DNA of 64,000 nt, from NCBI GenBank assembly GCA_028534125.1, contig CM052818.1, positions 7,628,001 to 7,692,000 on the forward strand. Direction: 5' to 3'. The position numbers and the translations under genes were made by a program. Under the pieces are notes generated by a model. The model made no database searches, was not told the origin of the DNA, and saw only the letters and a list, made by a program, of their open reading frames with translations. Shown piece after piece: positions 26,411 through 40,181 of this stretch. How positions within the stretch are numbered: position 1 is the stretch's first letter; every line of letters begins with the position of its first letter. Source of the stretch: Lama glama. Its lineage: Eukaryota.

Positions 26411-29224
26411 CCTTGATTTCTATCTCCTATGCCCATCTCATCACCTCATTGCCTTTAAGCACAAAGCACATTCATCTGTAGGGACTTGAGTAAATGTCTC
26501 CTTATTCACAGTAAGTTTTGAATAACATCATTTTACATAAAACTTTCTAAAATTGAAATATAGGTGACATAGTTCCTTCTTGATAAACAATAAAGTGCAA
26601 TCATACTGTTAAGAAAGTAGAGACAAACTGGGTATGTATCCAGTGTTAAGCTTCCCAGCCAAATCTGGCTTTCTATTAAGCACTTTTGCAAACTTGAATG
26701 AGAAGAACTTAATAACATTTCCAAAAAAAAAAGCTTGGCAGATCAGTTTAAAAGGCCTTTTTACATGTCTGGTATGTAAGGAGATACTTCTGCTATCAAA
26801 GCCCTTCCTCACAATATACAGCAGGGTAATTCTTGATCTGCTCTGCTTCTGTCTTTAGGTCAGTCTTTACCTCCCTAAGGACTCTTGCTCAGAGCCTCCT
26901 TGTGAGCCTCAAGCTGATGCCTTTATCCACACCTATTGGTGTTGAGCCTGAACTTGACCAGGCTCCCTGATGGCAGCCACTGAGAACTCAGAGCCAGTGA
27001 CTAAGGAAGGGGCTGGGTCCTGGAAGTGAGTCCACACCCCCTTTTCCGGGTTCCAGGGTCCCCGCTTATTTTCCCTCTGTTATAAAGCCAGCTGTAACTT
27101 CGAGTCCTCAATAAATCACTTTACACTTACATCAAAGGAAAACTATAAAGCCAAAAAACAGTTTGCATTAGGTAAGACTAGCTCTTCCTTCTCTCCCAGG
27201 GAAAGGCTGCCACCTGCTGTAATATGTTAGCATTGGGCTTTTCCAAGGTCACCGAACAACCACTTCCTTCATACAAATTAATGAATGCACAACCCCACCT
27301 GCCTTCGCCTCTATGTGTCAGGGGTGTAAATAGGAGGGCAAACCAGGAGGCATTCCTCTTATTTCCTTGACCTAGGGCACAGAAGCAAACTCACCTATAT
27401 GAACGGTGGCCAGAAGGATTCGGCATCACTCTGACTCCGAACGTAAGAGCATCCTTTTTTCACCACTCAGCAACAGTTTTTCAAACTAGCTTCTAGTAAC
27501 CCTCATAAAGTGACCACTGCTAAGAGGCTTATCACGTTCTCCATCCTCCTAGTTCTGTGTATGTTTACTCTTCACAGCCCTGCCAAGTCTTTGGTAGGTG
27601 AAAGGATGAGAGAAGAATAAAAAAATTGATAGTTTACAGAATAGCATCCCTGAGCCTTGCACTCTTTCTGCACAAATCCCAACCTCCCCCCTTTCCACCC
27701 GACCCTGATGCCATTCATCACCCACTAACTGTTGTGGTCTACCTACACACATACACACACACACACAAGTTTTAGGAGTGGGTTTTGCTTGCCATTATAG
27801 TCCGAGCAAAAACTGCTCCCCTCTCCCACTCCCCTCCCTAAACTATGCCTTTGTACCTGGGAACTTACCAAACTTAGAATTGCTTAGGGATTCCAACATC
27901 GAGTAAACTCAGGTATAAACAAGACAACATTTACAACTAAAACTCCAATGTCCAAAAAGTTTGCAATATGAGAAAAATGGAACCAAGAACCAATAACTTT
28001 TAAGCAGAAATAGCTGAAAGAAGAATACCTCGATGCCTGATTTTAGCTTTGTAGGATCCATGCCACTGATACAGACGCAAAATGTCTGCATGATGTTTGC
28101 CAACCTCTTCAGGAAACTGTTCTTTTCCTCACTGTAAATCACTGGAGAGCTCTAGATTTCCACCCCGTCTCCTGCCTGCATTTACAGGCAGGAAGAAGCA
28201 GGCTATGGAGGCAGAAAAGGACAGAAATGTTTTTGTTGGGTAAGAGAAGGCTTTTTAAAAGTTACATCAATATTCAAAGAAATGAACCCTTACAGTATCT
28301 GATGCTGCTGCGAATGTGTGTGTGTCTTTGTGTGTGTATGGTTTTTAAAATAATTTTTTTATGACAACATTTTACTTATTGTAATATTTTAACAGTACTA
28401 AATGTTTAAAATTTATTTCATTTTTATTTAGCTTTTATTTCATTTTTCTGCTTCTATAGTTTTTTAATCTGCATTCCTTTTACACACAATTTTGTAATCT
28501 ACACAGCATTTTTAATGTTTAAACTTTTCCTCTGAGCTATTATATCAAAGTTTTCGTAGTTATTCTCCAGTTGAAGATTTACTTTCCAAGTTTTTCATTT
28601 TAATTACTAAAACAAATATCTTTGTGGAAAGTGCTTTTTGCTTTCTTCTAAGTTGATTTCACCATCCATCCCAGTGATGGGCATGTAGTAAATGCTTAGC
28701 AAATATTTGTTTGTAAGTAAATTATGTATAATAAATTATCAGAAATGAGAATATGGGATCAAACAGTAAAACAATTCTGATGTAAACAAACTTGACGTTT
28801 CTTGTTATAGATTACTGAATAGCTTTCCAAAAGAATTTTTACTTATTTGCAATGTCATCAGACAAGTTGTTGAGCACATCATTTCCATCAATACATCTGT
28901 TTAAATCTTGTTAATTAACAAGCGGTCAAGACTTGACAATAGTACAGCTAAAATCAAAGGACATGAAGAGTCTGAATCAATATGAAGAGTGTGGTGATGT
29001 TTTTCATTGTTTTTAAAGCCTATACTTAACTATAGCTTAATTATCTCTTTAAGTCCTCATTCTTACTTGCTGGGCAGAACATATAATGGGATCAGTTTAC
29101 CTCTCAGATTTGAACATCTTAGGCAGTTTGGATTTGTTAGCTTTAACTCAAAGGACAAAAGTGGGAGAGAATTTTTTAGATGGTGAAGTATAGGCTACAG
29201 GGAAAGGACAAGAGGAGTAGAATT

Positions 29225-29403
29225 ACTGACTGTGGTCCCCAGACCAGCTGCATCAGCATCACCTGGGATGTTAGAAATGCAGAAGATGTTGGAACATTAT
29301 CACTTGTTAGACATACAGGAGCTCAGACCTACTGAATCCGAATCTGCATTTTAATGAGAGCGCCAGGTGATTCTTGCGCACAATGAGTTGGAGAAGCAGT
29401 GCT
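29225..29403. mobile_element. MER5A-like hAT MITE
   Basis: gtggtccccagaccagc.gcatcagcatcacctggga..ttagaaatgcag..agacctactgaatc.gaatctgcattttaa..ccaggtgattc. Confidence 0.85.
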
Positions 29404-29809
29404 CCTGACGGTGAAAACTGCTGCTGCCAGTTGCCTGGGGGCTTTAGCAGAAAGGAGAGCCCACCGTGAATATTAAGAACATGGATCTAAGGACAGCAAA
29501 GAGCCTTCTATAATGTTAAATTGGGCACTTATTCTCAATAGTATAATCTGTCTTTTAAAGAAAAATATTATGGAGAGTTTTAAATATAAGCTTATTAGGT
29601 GTCTCACAGTAATTCAGACCCGTTTCTTTTTCAAGTACAGATTTATTTAAGTCATCCTAGCAGACAATGAATTATCTGATTTCTAAAATCCCCTAGAAAT
29701 GATCTTTAGCTCTCTTTGCTAAAACTTTTCCTGCTGCCAATTAAAATAACTTGCTTCTTTATGAGATTTAAGTTCCTTGAAAGCAAAATGCTTTGTTTAC
29801 TTATATCAG

Positions 29810-30142
29810 AGATTGTTATAGTTAGCTCTTTGATCCACTTGCATCCACTCACCTATTGGGTGACTTTAAAAATGCAAACATTTGGGCCTTAATTCAGTCC
29901 TCTGAATCAAAATCTCTGGGTTTGGAGCTTAAGGATCTGCATTTACAAGTTGGTTTTAACACAAAACGAAGTTTGAAAACCATTGTCTTTCAAGTTTTAG
30001 CAGAAAGCTGACCACCTGAGCAGTGATTCTTACTCTTGGATGAAGAATGGAGTCACCTGGAAAATTTTAAAGAAACACTGATGTCTGGGTCCCACTCCCC
30101 AGAGATTTTTGTTTACTTGACCTGGGCATGGAGAACCACTGA
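29810..30142. mobile_element. Two further MER5-family fragments (~29810-29985 and ~30021-30142)
   Basis: tgaatcaaaatctctggg..tctgcatttacaag..aagtttgaaaaccattg; cagtgattct..gtcacctgg..gatgtctgggtcccactccccagagatt..gagaaccactg. Confidence 0.65.
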
Positions 30143-30164
30143 GCAGGTGCTTTAATAAATATTT

Positions 30165-30722
30165 GTCTCATTGTACTTGTCATTCACTTTGTGTGGAAAG
30201 AGAAGCGGCCAGCGGTTTGAATATACATAGAGTCATGAGCAGTGGCAAACGGTTGGCCAACTGGTCAAGTCCTGGAAGAAGAAAGATTGGAAGATCAGGG
30301 AGGAAGAGGTCTGGGGTGGGATGCCCATATGGGAATGCAGATAAAGTGGGTGTGAGGATTGCGTGGGAACACCCACTCAGAGCATCTACCATGGAAGAGG
30401 CACTAAACAGCCAGGAGACAAAATGGCTCAGCTGGTTGATTCGGTCAGCCTCCATCATCAGTTTCTACTCCAATCTAATAGCTGTATCAACAGAGCAGCC
30501 AAGGGGGCAGGGTGCAGGCTATTGCAAGAGCCCAAAAGCATGGCTCTCTGTGGGGTCAGTTGAGTAGCTGGTTGAAACTGCCTCACAGCCAAAATATTCC
30601 CTTTGTCCAGTCCTGCCAATTCCCTTTCCTTTCCTCAGTAATAATCCTTTGATCCTAATAAACTCCCTGCATGATAACTTCCTTCTCAGAGTCTACTTCC
30701 TGAGGAACTCAACTCATAACAA
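30165..30722 (+). mobile_element. ERVL relic: degenerate pol (RNase H) segment followed by an LTR16-like 3' end
   Basis: Across stops and frameshifts it reads IHFVWKEKRPAV*IYIES*AVANG..WKKKDWKIREEEVWG..ASTMEEALN. At 30570-30722 is ctaataaactccctgca..ctcagagtctacttcctgaggaac. Confidence 0.75.
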
Positions 30723-30724
30723 TT

Positions 30725-31890
30725 GACAATGCCAAGTGTTGATGACGATGTAGAACAATTCTAATTCTCATACACTGCTTGCGAAACTGTAACGTGATAC
30801 AAAATTTTTAGAAAATTGAAAAAATCTACTAAAACTGAACGTAAGTGGACCCTCGTATCCAGTGATGGTACTCCTAGGTATACACACAAGAGGAAATGCA
30901 GGCATATGTGCAGCAAGAGTTGTACAAAAATGATCATAGCAGCCCTTTTTGCAATAGCCAAAAATTAGAAACACCCCAAATATCTATCAATATAATGGTT
31001 AAAAACCTATGAAATTTTCATACAATGAAATCCTATTTTCAACTGAAGGAATCTGAGAAACAACAGAGCAGGAAAGTCACTGTGACCTTCCCCTTCTCCC
31101 CTGCCACCCTTCTCCTCTGGAACAGGTCATAAGACTCTCGTGTGAGAGGTGTCCTCCCTCTACCTGGAGTAAAGGTGCATCCTTATCTTGGAAGACAGAG
31201 GGACACCAAGAAGCATCCTAACAAAGAGACCTTGTATATTCCCCTCAGTTTACTACATTACCTCCTGCTCCTGAAATGATCCTGTTCCTCCATGACTGTC
31301 CACTTTTCATCAAACCTAGAGTTAAAATACACAGCTCTGTTTCTTTGGGTCTTCACTTCATTAGGAAGTTTCCCATGTCATGTAAAATTTATATTAAATG
31401 AATGTGTATGCTCTTCTCCTGCTTATCTTTGTCAGTTTAATTGTCAGACCCAGCCACGGACTCTGAGAGGGTCGAGGAAAGCTTCTTCCTCCCCTACAGC
31501 ATTAACCTGGAGAAGACAGGAAGGGCGCTTCTGGAGTATTGGTATTGTTCTAGAATTTCTTGATATGAGTTATACTTACATGAGTGTTTTCATTTTGTGA
31601 AAATTAATTGACCCATAAATTTGAATGTCTATATGTTATACATCAGTTAAACGCCTTTGCTTGTTAGAGAAACATACTAAAGTATTCATGAGTGAAGTAA
31701 TATGGTAACTGAGACTTTATTTTAGAAGACTTCAGAAAAATAGTTAGGCATGGGATAAATGAAACAAAAATATAGAATGTTAATCATTTTTAAGCTGGGT
31801 AATAGACACCTAAAAGTTTCATTATTCTATTCTCTCTGCTTTTGTGTATTTCAATTGTTTTATAATAAAAAGTTTTAAAATAAGTAAAGT
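30725..31890 (+). mobile_element. Old LINE-1 3' fragments interrupted by an LTR
   Basis: tgacaatgccaagtgttg..ctcatacactgct..ctcctaggtatacac..gcaatagccaaaaattagaaacacccc. Confidence 0.7.
31044..31498 (+). mobile_element. MER34-like solo LTR (ERV1)
   Basis: TG...CA termini; caggtcataagac..gagaggtgtcctccct..catccttatct..atattaaatgaatgtgtatgc..cttcctcccctaca. Confidence 0.7.
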
Positions 31891-32949
31891 TTTAATTTTA
31901 AGGTGGAGAAGGACACGAACCTAAAAGTCATGGATGAAAAAATTGATGATGGCTTCAATATCCATTCTAGCCCCCTTCCTCCCTGCCTTCCATTGTAAAA
32001 GCTGTAAAGTAAAATGCTGGCTTTGTAAGCCCCTGGCACTGAGCCTGGCTATGTGACCTAATACAGGTTCCTGAGGTGAAGGCAGAAATCATGCATTATA
32101 GCTACATACATAAGCAACACAAATCAAAATAACAATGAGGTGTCATCTAGTCTTCACTAATTAGATTGATAAAGTTCAAAAAGTTTGTTAATACCAAGTG
32201 TTGACAGTTCAAAGACAAAGTTGTTCTCCTAGACTATTGGTGGAAATATGAATTTATATAAAATATTTTGGAAGGGTAATTTGGAAATACCTATCAAAAT
32301 TCTGAAAGCAAAAGTAACATTTGAGTGGTAAGAGGGGATAAAAAGGAGGTGAGGATAAGAGTCTGCACAGAGTTAAAATTGATCAGTTAGTTGACTGATT
32401 AAATATGGAGGAAAGGGCCCAAAATTATAGGAACTTTAATAGAAATTGGAAAGTCAGGAAGAGGTTCTCGTTTGGGAAAGCAGATAATTCTGTTTGAGAT
32501 ATGTTATATTTTCTGTTTCTTCATAATGAAGGCAATTTTGGGGGTCCATCCAGATCTAGAGTCTAGATGTGAAGACATATAGTCAGATTAATAATTTTAT
32601 CAAGCAGCAATCCAGGAATTCAATAGGAAGCAAACTGAGAGAATGCAATTTAACCTCAACTATAAGTAGGACCCATTAAAGAAAATGTATTTCAAATAAT
32701 GGTTGGAAACCACCCCCTACCCCAACCCCATCCAACTGGCAAAGATTTGAAAAAATTAATCTAGGTTGGCAAAGATGTAGGGAAATGGATACACGCCATA
32801 TAAGCTGGCAGCAGTAAAGGGGTAACCCCTTAAAGACAGTTTTATAGTATATAGCAAAAATCTAAAAGATGTAAGGCTTTTTGAGGCATCAACTCCAATT
32901 TTATCTGAAGAGTGTATGCAAATATTTTAATTTAATATTTAATGTTTTT

Positions 32950-34580
32950 TCATCAAAGTAATAACGCACATGGTTTTTAAAAATTAATTATTCTTAAAGA
33001 CTTTTGTGGGGATACAGTTGGACCTCTGCTCTATCTCTTACCCATACTGCTCTTGAGAGGCTGCCACTTTCAATATCTGGGTGTTTTATCTATTATTTAC
33101 CACTTTGTGTTTAAGTAATCTGCTCATTCAGCTATTTCTTGATTTATCAATTTAAGACATTGTCTACTGACATCCTGTTATGGTGGTTGAGAATTTAGCT
33201 CTTTTACTCAACTTCCACCTCAATTTCCTTTCCCCACCTCCATTTCCTTTCCCCACCTCCTCCTACTATAATGTCATCATAATCTTTAAATGTCACATGG
33301 CAAGACTTTTTGGCAAAAATGTCATATGGCAAAACGTTTTAATTCAGTAGCCCAGAATTTGTGTACAATTATGTGTATAAGTATGTAAGATTTTCAAATC
33401 TCAAATGGCTAGCAATATTTTTTCCCCAAATCTCCAAACACAAAATCATCAAATAATCTATCAGTTCCATTTTTTTTCCCTCAAAAAAAAAAAAAAAAAA
33501 CCCTCTGTCTTCTTGATCTAATCAGGACCTGCTGTGCCCTCAGCTTTGAGGCCTGGTTGTCATCCCAGGACTTCTTTCACCAGCCTCTGGGTTAGCTCTC
33601 CCATTTCCTGGACTCCTTGTCATCTTTCTTTCTTGACTACCTCATATCTCAGAGATAGTAATTTTCTTAGAAAGGGTACAAATTTTTGAGATCTTGAGTC
33701 TCTGAAATTGTCTTTATTCTATTCTTACAGCATTTATTGGTGGTTGGGTATAAAATTCTTAGCAAAATATGATTTCACCTCATAATGTTGACGACAATAT
33801 TCCATTGTCTTCTAGAGTTGGGTGATACTATTAAGAAGCCCTTAGTTATTGTTTCTTCTTCCTTTTAATACAGTAATTTCCCTGCTCTTTGGAAGCTCTG
33901 ATGATCTTTACTGTCAGTGCTCTAATGTCTGGTCATGGTGTCTTTGTTATTTTTTCATGCATTGGATATTTCAACCTGGAGATTCATGTTCATCACATCA
34001 GATAAATTTTCTCGAATTTCATTTATAATTTTTTTCTGCCTCATTTTTGTTCTGTACTCTCTGGAACTCCAACAGGCTGAACAATGGAATTTCTGTTTGA
34101 TTTTTTTTTAAGTTTCTTACATTTTTCTCCTAATTTCCATCTCCTTGTATTCTTGTTTGACTTTCTGGGAGGTGTCTTCAACAATCTCCTCCTGATTTTC
34201 TGTAGGACTTTTTATTTCAGTGATTATATTTTTAATTTTCAAGTGCTTTTTTGAAAAAAAAAAGAGTTTTTTCTGCATCCTGTATCATCTTTGTTTCCTC
34301 CAAGTTCCTTTTTTGTTTGTTTGTTATTTATGATAGTGTGGGCTTTTCTTAATTGTCTGGTGATTCTTGGGTCTCTGTTGTTTTTTTAGGTGAAAAAGAT
34401 CAACTGAAGAAGTAAATTGAAAGCTCTTGCTGGGGTGAGGGGAACAGGTCAAATGATGGGCTTCTCCTAGGGTGATCAGTTGGTACACCAGCGTTTTTAT
34501 TGGCCAATTATCTAATGCCAGTATGTGAAAATGTTTTTTCTGAGGCTATAGCTCCTCCATTGAAGAATCCTCCATTCTTC
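32950..34580 (-). mobile_element. Highly diverged LINE-1 relic
   Basis: T-rich antisense L1-like sequence (tctgaaattgtctttattcta..gggtataaaattct..tccattgtcttctag). Confidence 0.5.
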
Positions 34581-34829
34581 TATCTTAAGCATTTTGTGAG
34601 CAAAATGTAGAAATGGACCTGAGTAACATTTGAGTTATTATACTTACTGACCTTGTTTAGGCTGGTGCAACCAAGGAAATTCAGGTTAAACCCACATTAA
34701 AAATAGGTGGGAAGTACATACACCAAAATTTTAAAATAGTTGTGGGTGATTTTAATTTTCTACAAAATTAATTATGTGATTTTAAACAATTATTTAAGTA
34801 AAACAAACCATAAGAAGCAAACCACCTAA

Positions 34830-35615
34830 TTTTTTAATGGAATAAAAGATTTCAACAGATATTTCACTAAAGAGGATGGATGACAAGTAAATACATGAAA
34901 AGACGCACATCTTTGGTCATTGGGGAAATACAAGTTAAAACCATGATAAGATACCACTGCATACTCACTAGAATGGCTTCTAAAAGCAAAACTAATAATG
35001 CCAAGTGCTGGTTGGGATGCAGGGCAATTCTCATACATTGTTGATGGGGATGCAAAATTCTGCAGAAACTTTGGGAGACAGTTTGGTAGTTTTCATGAAG
35101 TCACATGCTTACCTAGGAGTAATCCCACTCCTAGATATTTAACCAAGAGAAATGGAAATATATATTCACACAAAAACCCGTATGTGAATATTTATGACAG
35201 ATTTCTACATCATAGCCAAAACCTAGAAACAATCCAAATATCCTTCAACTGTTAAGCCTCTGTACCATGGAATACAGCACAGCAAGTAAAAGAAATAAAT
35301 TCTTGATATATCAACAATATGAATGCATCTCAAATGCATTCTGTTAAGTGAAAGATGCCAGACTCAAGAGGCTATATATTATCTGATTCCATTTATGTGA
35401 CATTCTGGAAAAGGCAATACTATAGGGACAGAGAACAGATTGGTGGTTGCCAGGGAGTCATGGTGAGGGGATGGGCCAACAAAGGGACAGCATCAGGGAA
35501 TTTTTTGAGTGATGGCATTATTCTGTCTTGACTATGTAAGTATGCATTTGTCAAAACTTATAATGCTATGTATCAAAAAGAGTGACTTTTATTCTATGTA
35601 AATAATTTTTTTTTT
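34830..35615 (+). mobile_element. LINE-1 3' end (ORF2 C-terminus and 3' UTR)
   Basis: aacagatatttcactaaagagg..aaaaccatgataagataccact..aatcccactcctagatattta..gattccatttatgtgacattctggaaaaggc. Confidence 0.85.
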
Positions 35616-37324
35616 AAAAAGCAAACTATCCCTGTGTATTAAAAGTAAAGCAAAGTACTTAAATTAGGAGTAAATATTTCAAAAGGATCCTATATGGTTC
35701 CTCTACATAGCAAGACCCCTCTGGCATTAAAATACAATTAAATTTTTAAAATTAATTCAGATAAAGATTCTGAAACATATCTATTATATGCTGTCTTAAT
35801 ACTGGCTTTGCTTAGCCCAGAAAGTCATAAGAACTGCATCTTTAATCTTTGAAAAGATGAGACATTGGTCAAAGAGAATCTAGATAAGCCAAAGTTACAT
35901 CAGTGCAACTCCATCTCTACTATTCCATTCATTAAACACAAATGTATAATTATTTACAAATATTTGTTGGTTGCTTAGTATATACAAGAAGGAAATGATA
36001 ATGCAGAGAATACAGAGATAAATCGCAAATCTTATGCTTAAGTTCAAGTAGGGGAAACAAGCCCCATAATATGTACCCATATTAGAAGGCAGAAGGTGAC
36101 TAGCACCTCACAAGAGGTATGGAGGAGGGGTAAAGAGGAGAGGCTTGCTTTTTCTTAGTAGTGAGCTCAGGAATCACTTTCTGGAATAAACTGCATTTTA
36201 AAAAGTTTCTTTGAAGAAGAGGTAGAATTCGGATATGCAGAGTTGGGGGTGGGGCAGGTGGGAAAAAGCCCAGGGAAGGTAACCCAAGAAATGGAGAAAA
36301 ACAAAAGAAACTCAGAGAATTTTTTTTTCCCCAAGTAATGGGGAAGTAGCTGTGAATACACCAGCTATCAACATCATGTGAACAGATCAGAAATATTGGC
36401 AGCTTTTCTCACCAGGCTAATTTGCTTCCAACCTTACAACAAAAGTTATTGTTGTGTTCTTCTAGCAGAATCTTCGGTGTTAGTCCACAAGTTCTTGGAT
36501 TCTAGTCACCTGAAATTTGATTTTGTTTGACTTTGTCATTAAATGCTAATATGTGAGATTGCTCAGTTAAAAAAAATATATATCTGATTTCAGCCTTTTT
36601 CTCCATGCCCCTCATTTGCCATTGAAAGTAGTACCCCTTTAAAAAAGTCTTATGAAATAATACTTACTTCTCTAGTATTTCCATTAATATTAAACTTTAT
36701 TTAAAATTTTCTTGCTCATGCATTGTTCAACCAAATTAAGAGGAGGAACAGAGCAAGTTTCATGTGCCCTCTTTAATTGCAATTTTCAGTACCACAGTCA
36801 TGTTCCTTTATGGTCTTTTCACTTTTGCAGGCTAAATAATCACTTTCAGTCAGTTGCTGCAGTGAAACTTGAAACCTCATCATTGAAGAAGCCTGCAGTT
36901 TAGCAGAAAACAAGACACACCAGGATCTTCTGCTCCAGCAGCACATTGAGGATTCTAGTCTCTTTTTGAAAATGGCCTTGCATTTCTAGTTGATTTAGTT
37001 GCTATGATTCTTCCCTTAAACAAGTTTGCAAAGTTGTTCTTTTTCAAGGATTTATACTTGCCCACAACTCCTAGGCAGCTCCCTATAGTCACAGGATATA
37101 ACACCGCTTAACCACAATATGTGGGAAATGACATGTGCTAGTTAAATGAATTTTCTGGTAAACCCTATTTTTCTATCTCATTACACAGTTTGGAATTTTG
37201 AGTTGCTTCGTTTCTGGAAATGATGCTGTTATTGAGAGGAGGACACATGCTGCTAGTTGTTGTTTTGATGCACTTCTGATAATATTGTGGTGGTGGTGTT
37301 GTCATTTGTTTCTTTCTATTAAGG

Positions 37325-37330
<6 letters not shown>

Positions 37331-37414
<84 letters not shown>
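37331..37414. repeat. Compound microsatellite (TC)22(GT)20
   Basis: Read directly; both tracts are uninterrupted. Confidence 0.97.
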
Positions 37415-37417
<3 letters not shown>

Positions 37418-39807
37418 ATTGGAGGTGCCAATTAATGCCAGTTGATTGGGTTCTGGTCAACTTAAGGTTTTACTGTTAGCAGACCAAATTACCCCAGCTC
37501 TAAAAAGACCCAGAATAAATTCCCTGATTTTTTTCTCCCATAGTCACTAGGCCTTCTAAACTAAAAAATATTATTCACAAAGCCATGTCACCAAACTCTT
37601 TGTGAAACCATGTTGTTAACAGCTATCAAAAGCCCCTTCAATTTTCCAACTTAATAGCTGCTGGCTCAGAAAGGTAATATCCCTTTAAGTACTAAGAGAG
37701 AACACAGACTTTAGGATATGTAGAGGATATGGGATACGAGGGCAGATTTAGCAATGATTTGCATGGTCTAATGCCCTAGACAGTCAGGGAAATGGGTGGT
37801 GTACCAAAAAACCATCACCGACACCATTAATTCATCCAGCAAAAGTTGTTTTAAGTCTACCATGTGCAAGTCACTGTACTAGGGGCTATAAAGGGACAGA
37901 CCATGGAGCAATAGTCTAATATGGACACTAAGAGGCCTGAAATAGCTCGAACAGGAGCTAGTGTATTGTAAATGTCATGTCCAGGACTCAGGAAATAAAT
38001 ATGACAATTGTGAAGAGGAGGATGTCACTTCTGGCTAAAGGATAAAGGAGCATTTCATAAAAGAGATGACATCTGAGCAGATCCTTGAAGAAGGGGTAAG
38101 ATTTTAGTAGGCAGGGTTGGCAGAGCCTAGCAAAAATGAAGAGGTAGGGAAACTCAAGTCTGTTCAGGGCCTGTGAGGAAAGATACATGAAGGTGAAAGG
38201 AGGCTTAGAAAGGCAGGTAAGGTCCAATTACAGAAAACTTCTGCAATCTAGAGTTTGAACCTTCTACAAGTAAATGAACATTTTGGACCAAGGCAGTGGC
38301 CAAGAGCCCAGACTTTGGCACCAGATAGATCCAAGCTCAAATCCTGACTCCACTTAACTGTGTGTGATCTTGAGCAAGTCATCTATCTTACCTTTCCAAG
38401 CCTTGGGTTAATAATGTCTACCTCACAGGTTGTTGCCAGAATTAAGTGCAGTAGGGATATAAAGCATTCATTCATTCAGAAAATATTTATTGACTCTCCA
38501 CCACGTCTGTCCCAGACAGTGAGCTTTGTACTGGTGATAAAAAGATACAGGCCAAAGCCTGTCCTCAAGGAACACATGAGGCAATGGGAAAGACAGGTAA
38601 GTAAGCAGAAAATTACAGTATAGTGGAGGCAAGCAGAGTCGGAGGAGCTGAGTAAGTTAGATCAGGGAAGGTGCACCAGAGGAGGCCGACCCTGAGGCAC
38701 CTGAAAGGAGCCTCTGAAGGGGGTAGAAATAGAAGTTATTTTCCAGGGTCTGATTATTTTTTATATCTTTTTGTTACACTGTACTTCCTAGCAGATGCAG
38801 GCCCTTAAAGCTCTAAGTGGATTTTTGTTGTGTTTTGTTTGTTTGTTTGTTTTTTGGTTTGGTTGATTGTTGTTGGCTTATCTCAAAGCCAGAGAAGCCG
38901 AGAGTACCCTATTTCTCAGTTGATGAAAAGGAAGAAAAGAGCCTATTTGCAATCATGTTAGCAGCAGAAGAGGTAAGCAAGTACAAATCCCTGAAACGTG
39001 TCATAACCGAGAAGAGATTAAAGGGAAGTCGACCTAAGATGAAGTAGCAAATCTGAGTTTTCACTTGCTGGAGAACCATTGTGCACCTTTCCTGGGTTTT
39101 TAGCCCATATTTATTTTTTCTTCTGAAATGAGGCCCAGTTTTGTTTTGTTTTGTTTTCTCTGGAGAATCACATCTTTCCTTATTTTATGTGTTCCTGTGA
39201 AGTTGACTCCATTTCTTTCTGGTTTTAGGGTTGGTTGTGACTCAGGCCTGGCCAGTCAGAACCTCACGCTGGCCTCAGTAATTGGGATGAGTGCACCACT
39301 CAATCAGAGCCAGAGAGCGGCAATATGGAACTTTTGCTGAGCCTGTAAGAGTCAGCAAAGAAGGCTGCGTTGGCTTCTGGCTTGAACATGGGAAGTTGTA
39401 GAGTAGGAGCTGCTGGCAGCCGTCTTCCTATCACTTCCCACCACTGGAGGCCTGAAATTGGAGCCAGCCAGCAGAGAGGAGAGCAGGGACCTTTACAGTA
39501 GAACATTAAGTCCATGAGAGGAGGATGCTTGGCTTTATTTTAAAATCTTTTTATTGGTAACATCACTCACATACAGAAAAAACGTGCAAAACAAATTTGA
39601 GTAAAAAAATGATTACAAAGTAAATACACATATTTAACAACCACCCAGATCAAGAAATAGAACATCACCACCCATACTCCTCCCAATTACTGTCCAAACA
39701 GTCACCAAGTACTGTCAATTCTGTCTCCTAGGATACTTGTCAATCTGTTTACTGCTCTGTGTCTTTACCACCACCACCTTAGCCCAGCAACTGGACCACT
39801 CAGACAC

Positions 39808-40181
39808 TGTGTTAGTCAGCTCAGGCTACTAGAACAAAATACCATAGACTGGGTAGCTTAAACAACAGATATATAGCAGTTATGAGATCTGGGAAGTCCA
39901 AGATCAAGGTGTCAGCAGAAATGTTTCCTGATGAGAGCCCTCTTCCTGGCTTATAGCCAGCCACTTTCTTGCTGTGTCCTCACATGGTGGAGAGACAGCA
40001 AAATCTCTCTCTCTTCCTCTTCTAATTAGGACAGTAATCCCATCATGGGGATGTCACTCCCATGAACACATCTAAACCTAACTACCCTCCAAAGTTCCCA
40101 CCTCCAAATACTGTCACACTGGGCACAAAGGCTTCAACATATGAATTTGGGTATGAGGGGCACAAACATTCAGTCCATAAC
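39808..40181 (-). mobile_element. MLT1A-type MaLR LTR, about full length
   Basis: tgtgttagtcagctcaggct..aaataccatagactgggtagcttaaacaacag..aagtccaagatcaaggtg..acaaacattcagtccataac. Confidence 0.9.

Noticed and set aside
33222..33259. Short local duplications here (atttcctttccccacctcc x2) and at ~42549-42600
   Set aside because: Ordinary slippage-type duplications with no sign of function.
37165..37479. ORFs with HTHT/ERER or LSLS/VCVC runs
   Set aside because: Translations of the dinucleotide microsatellite.
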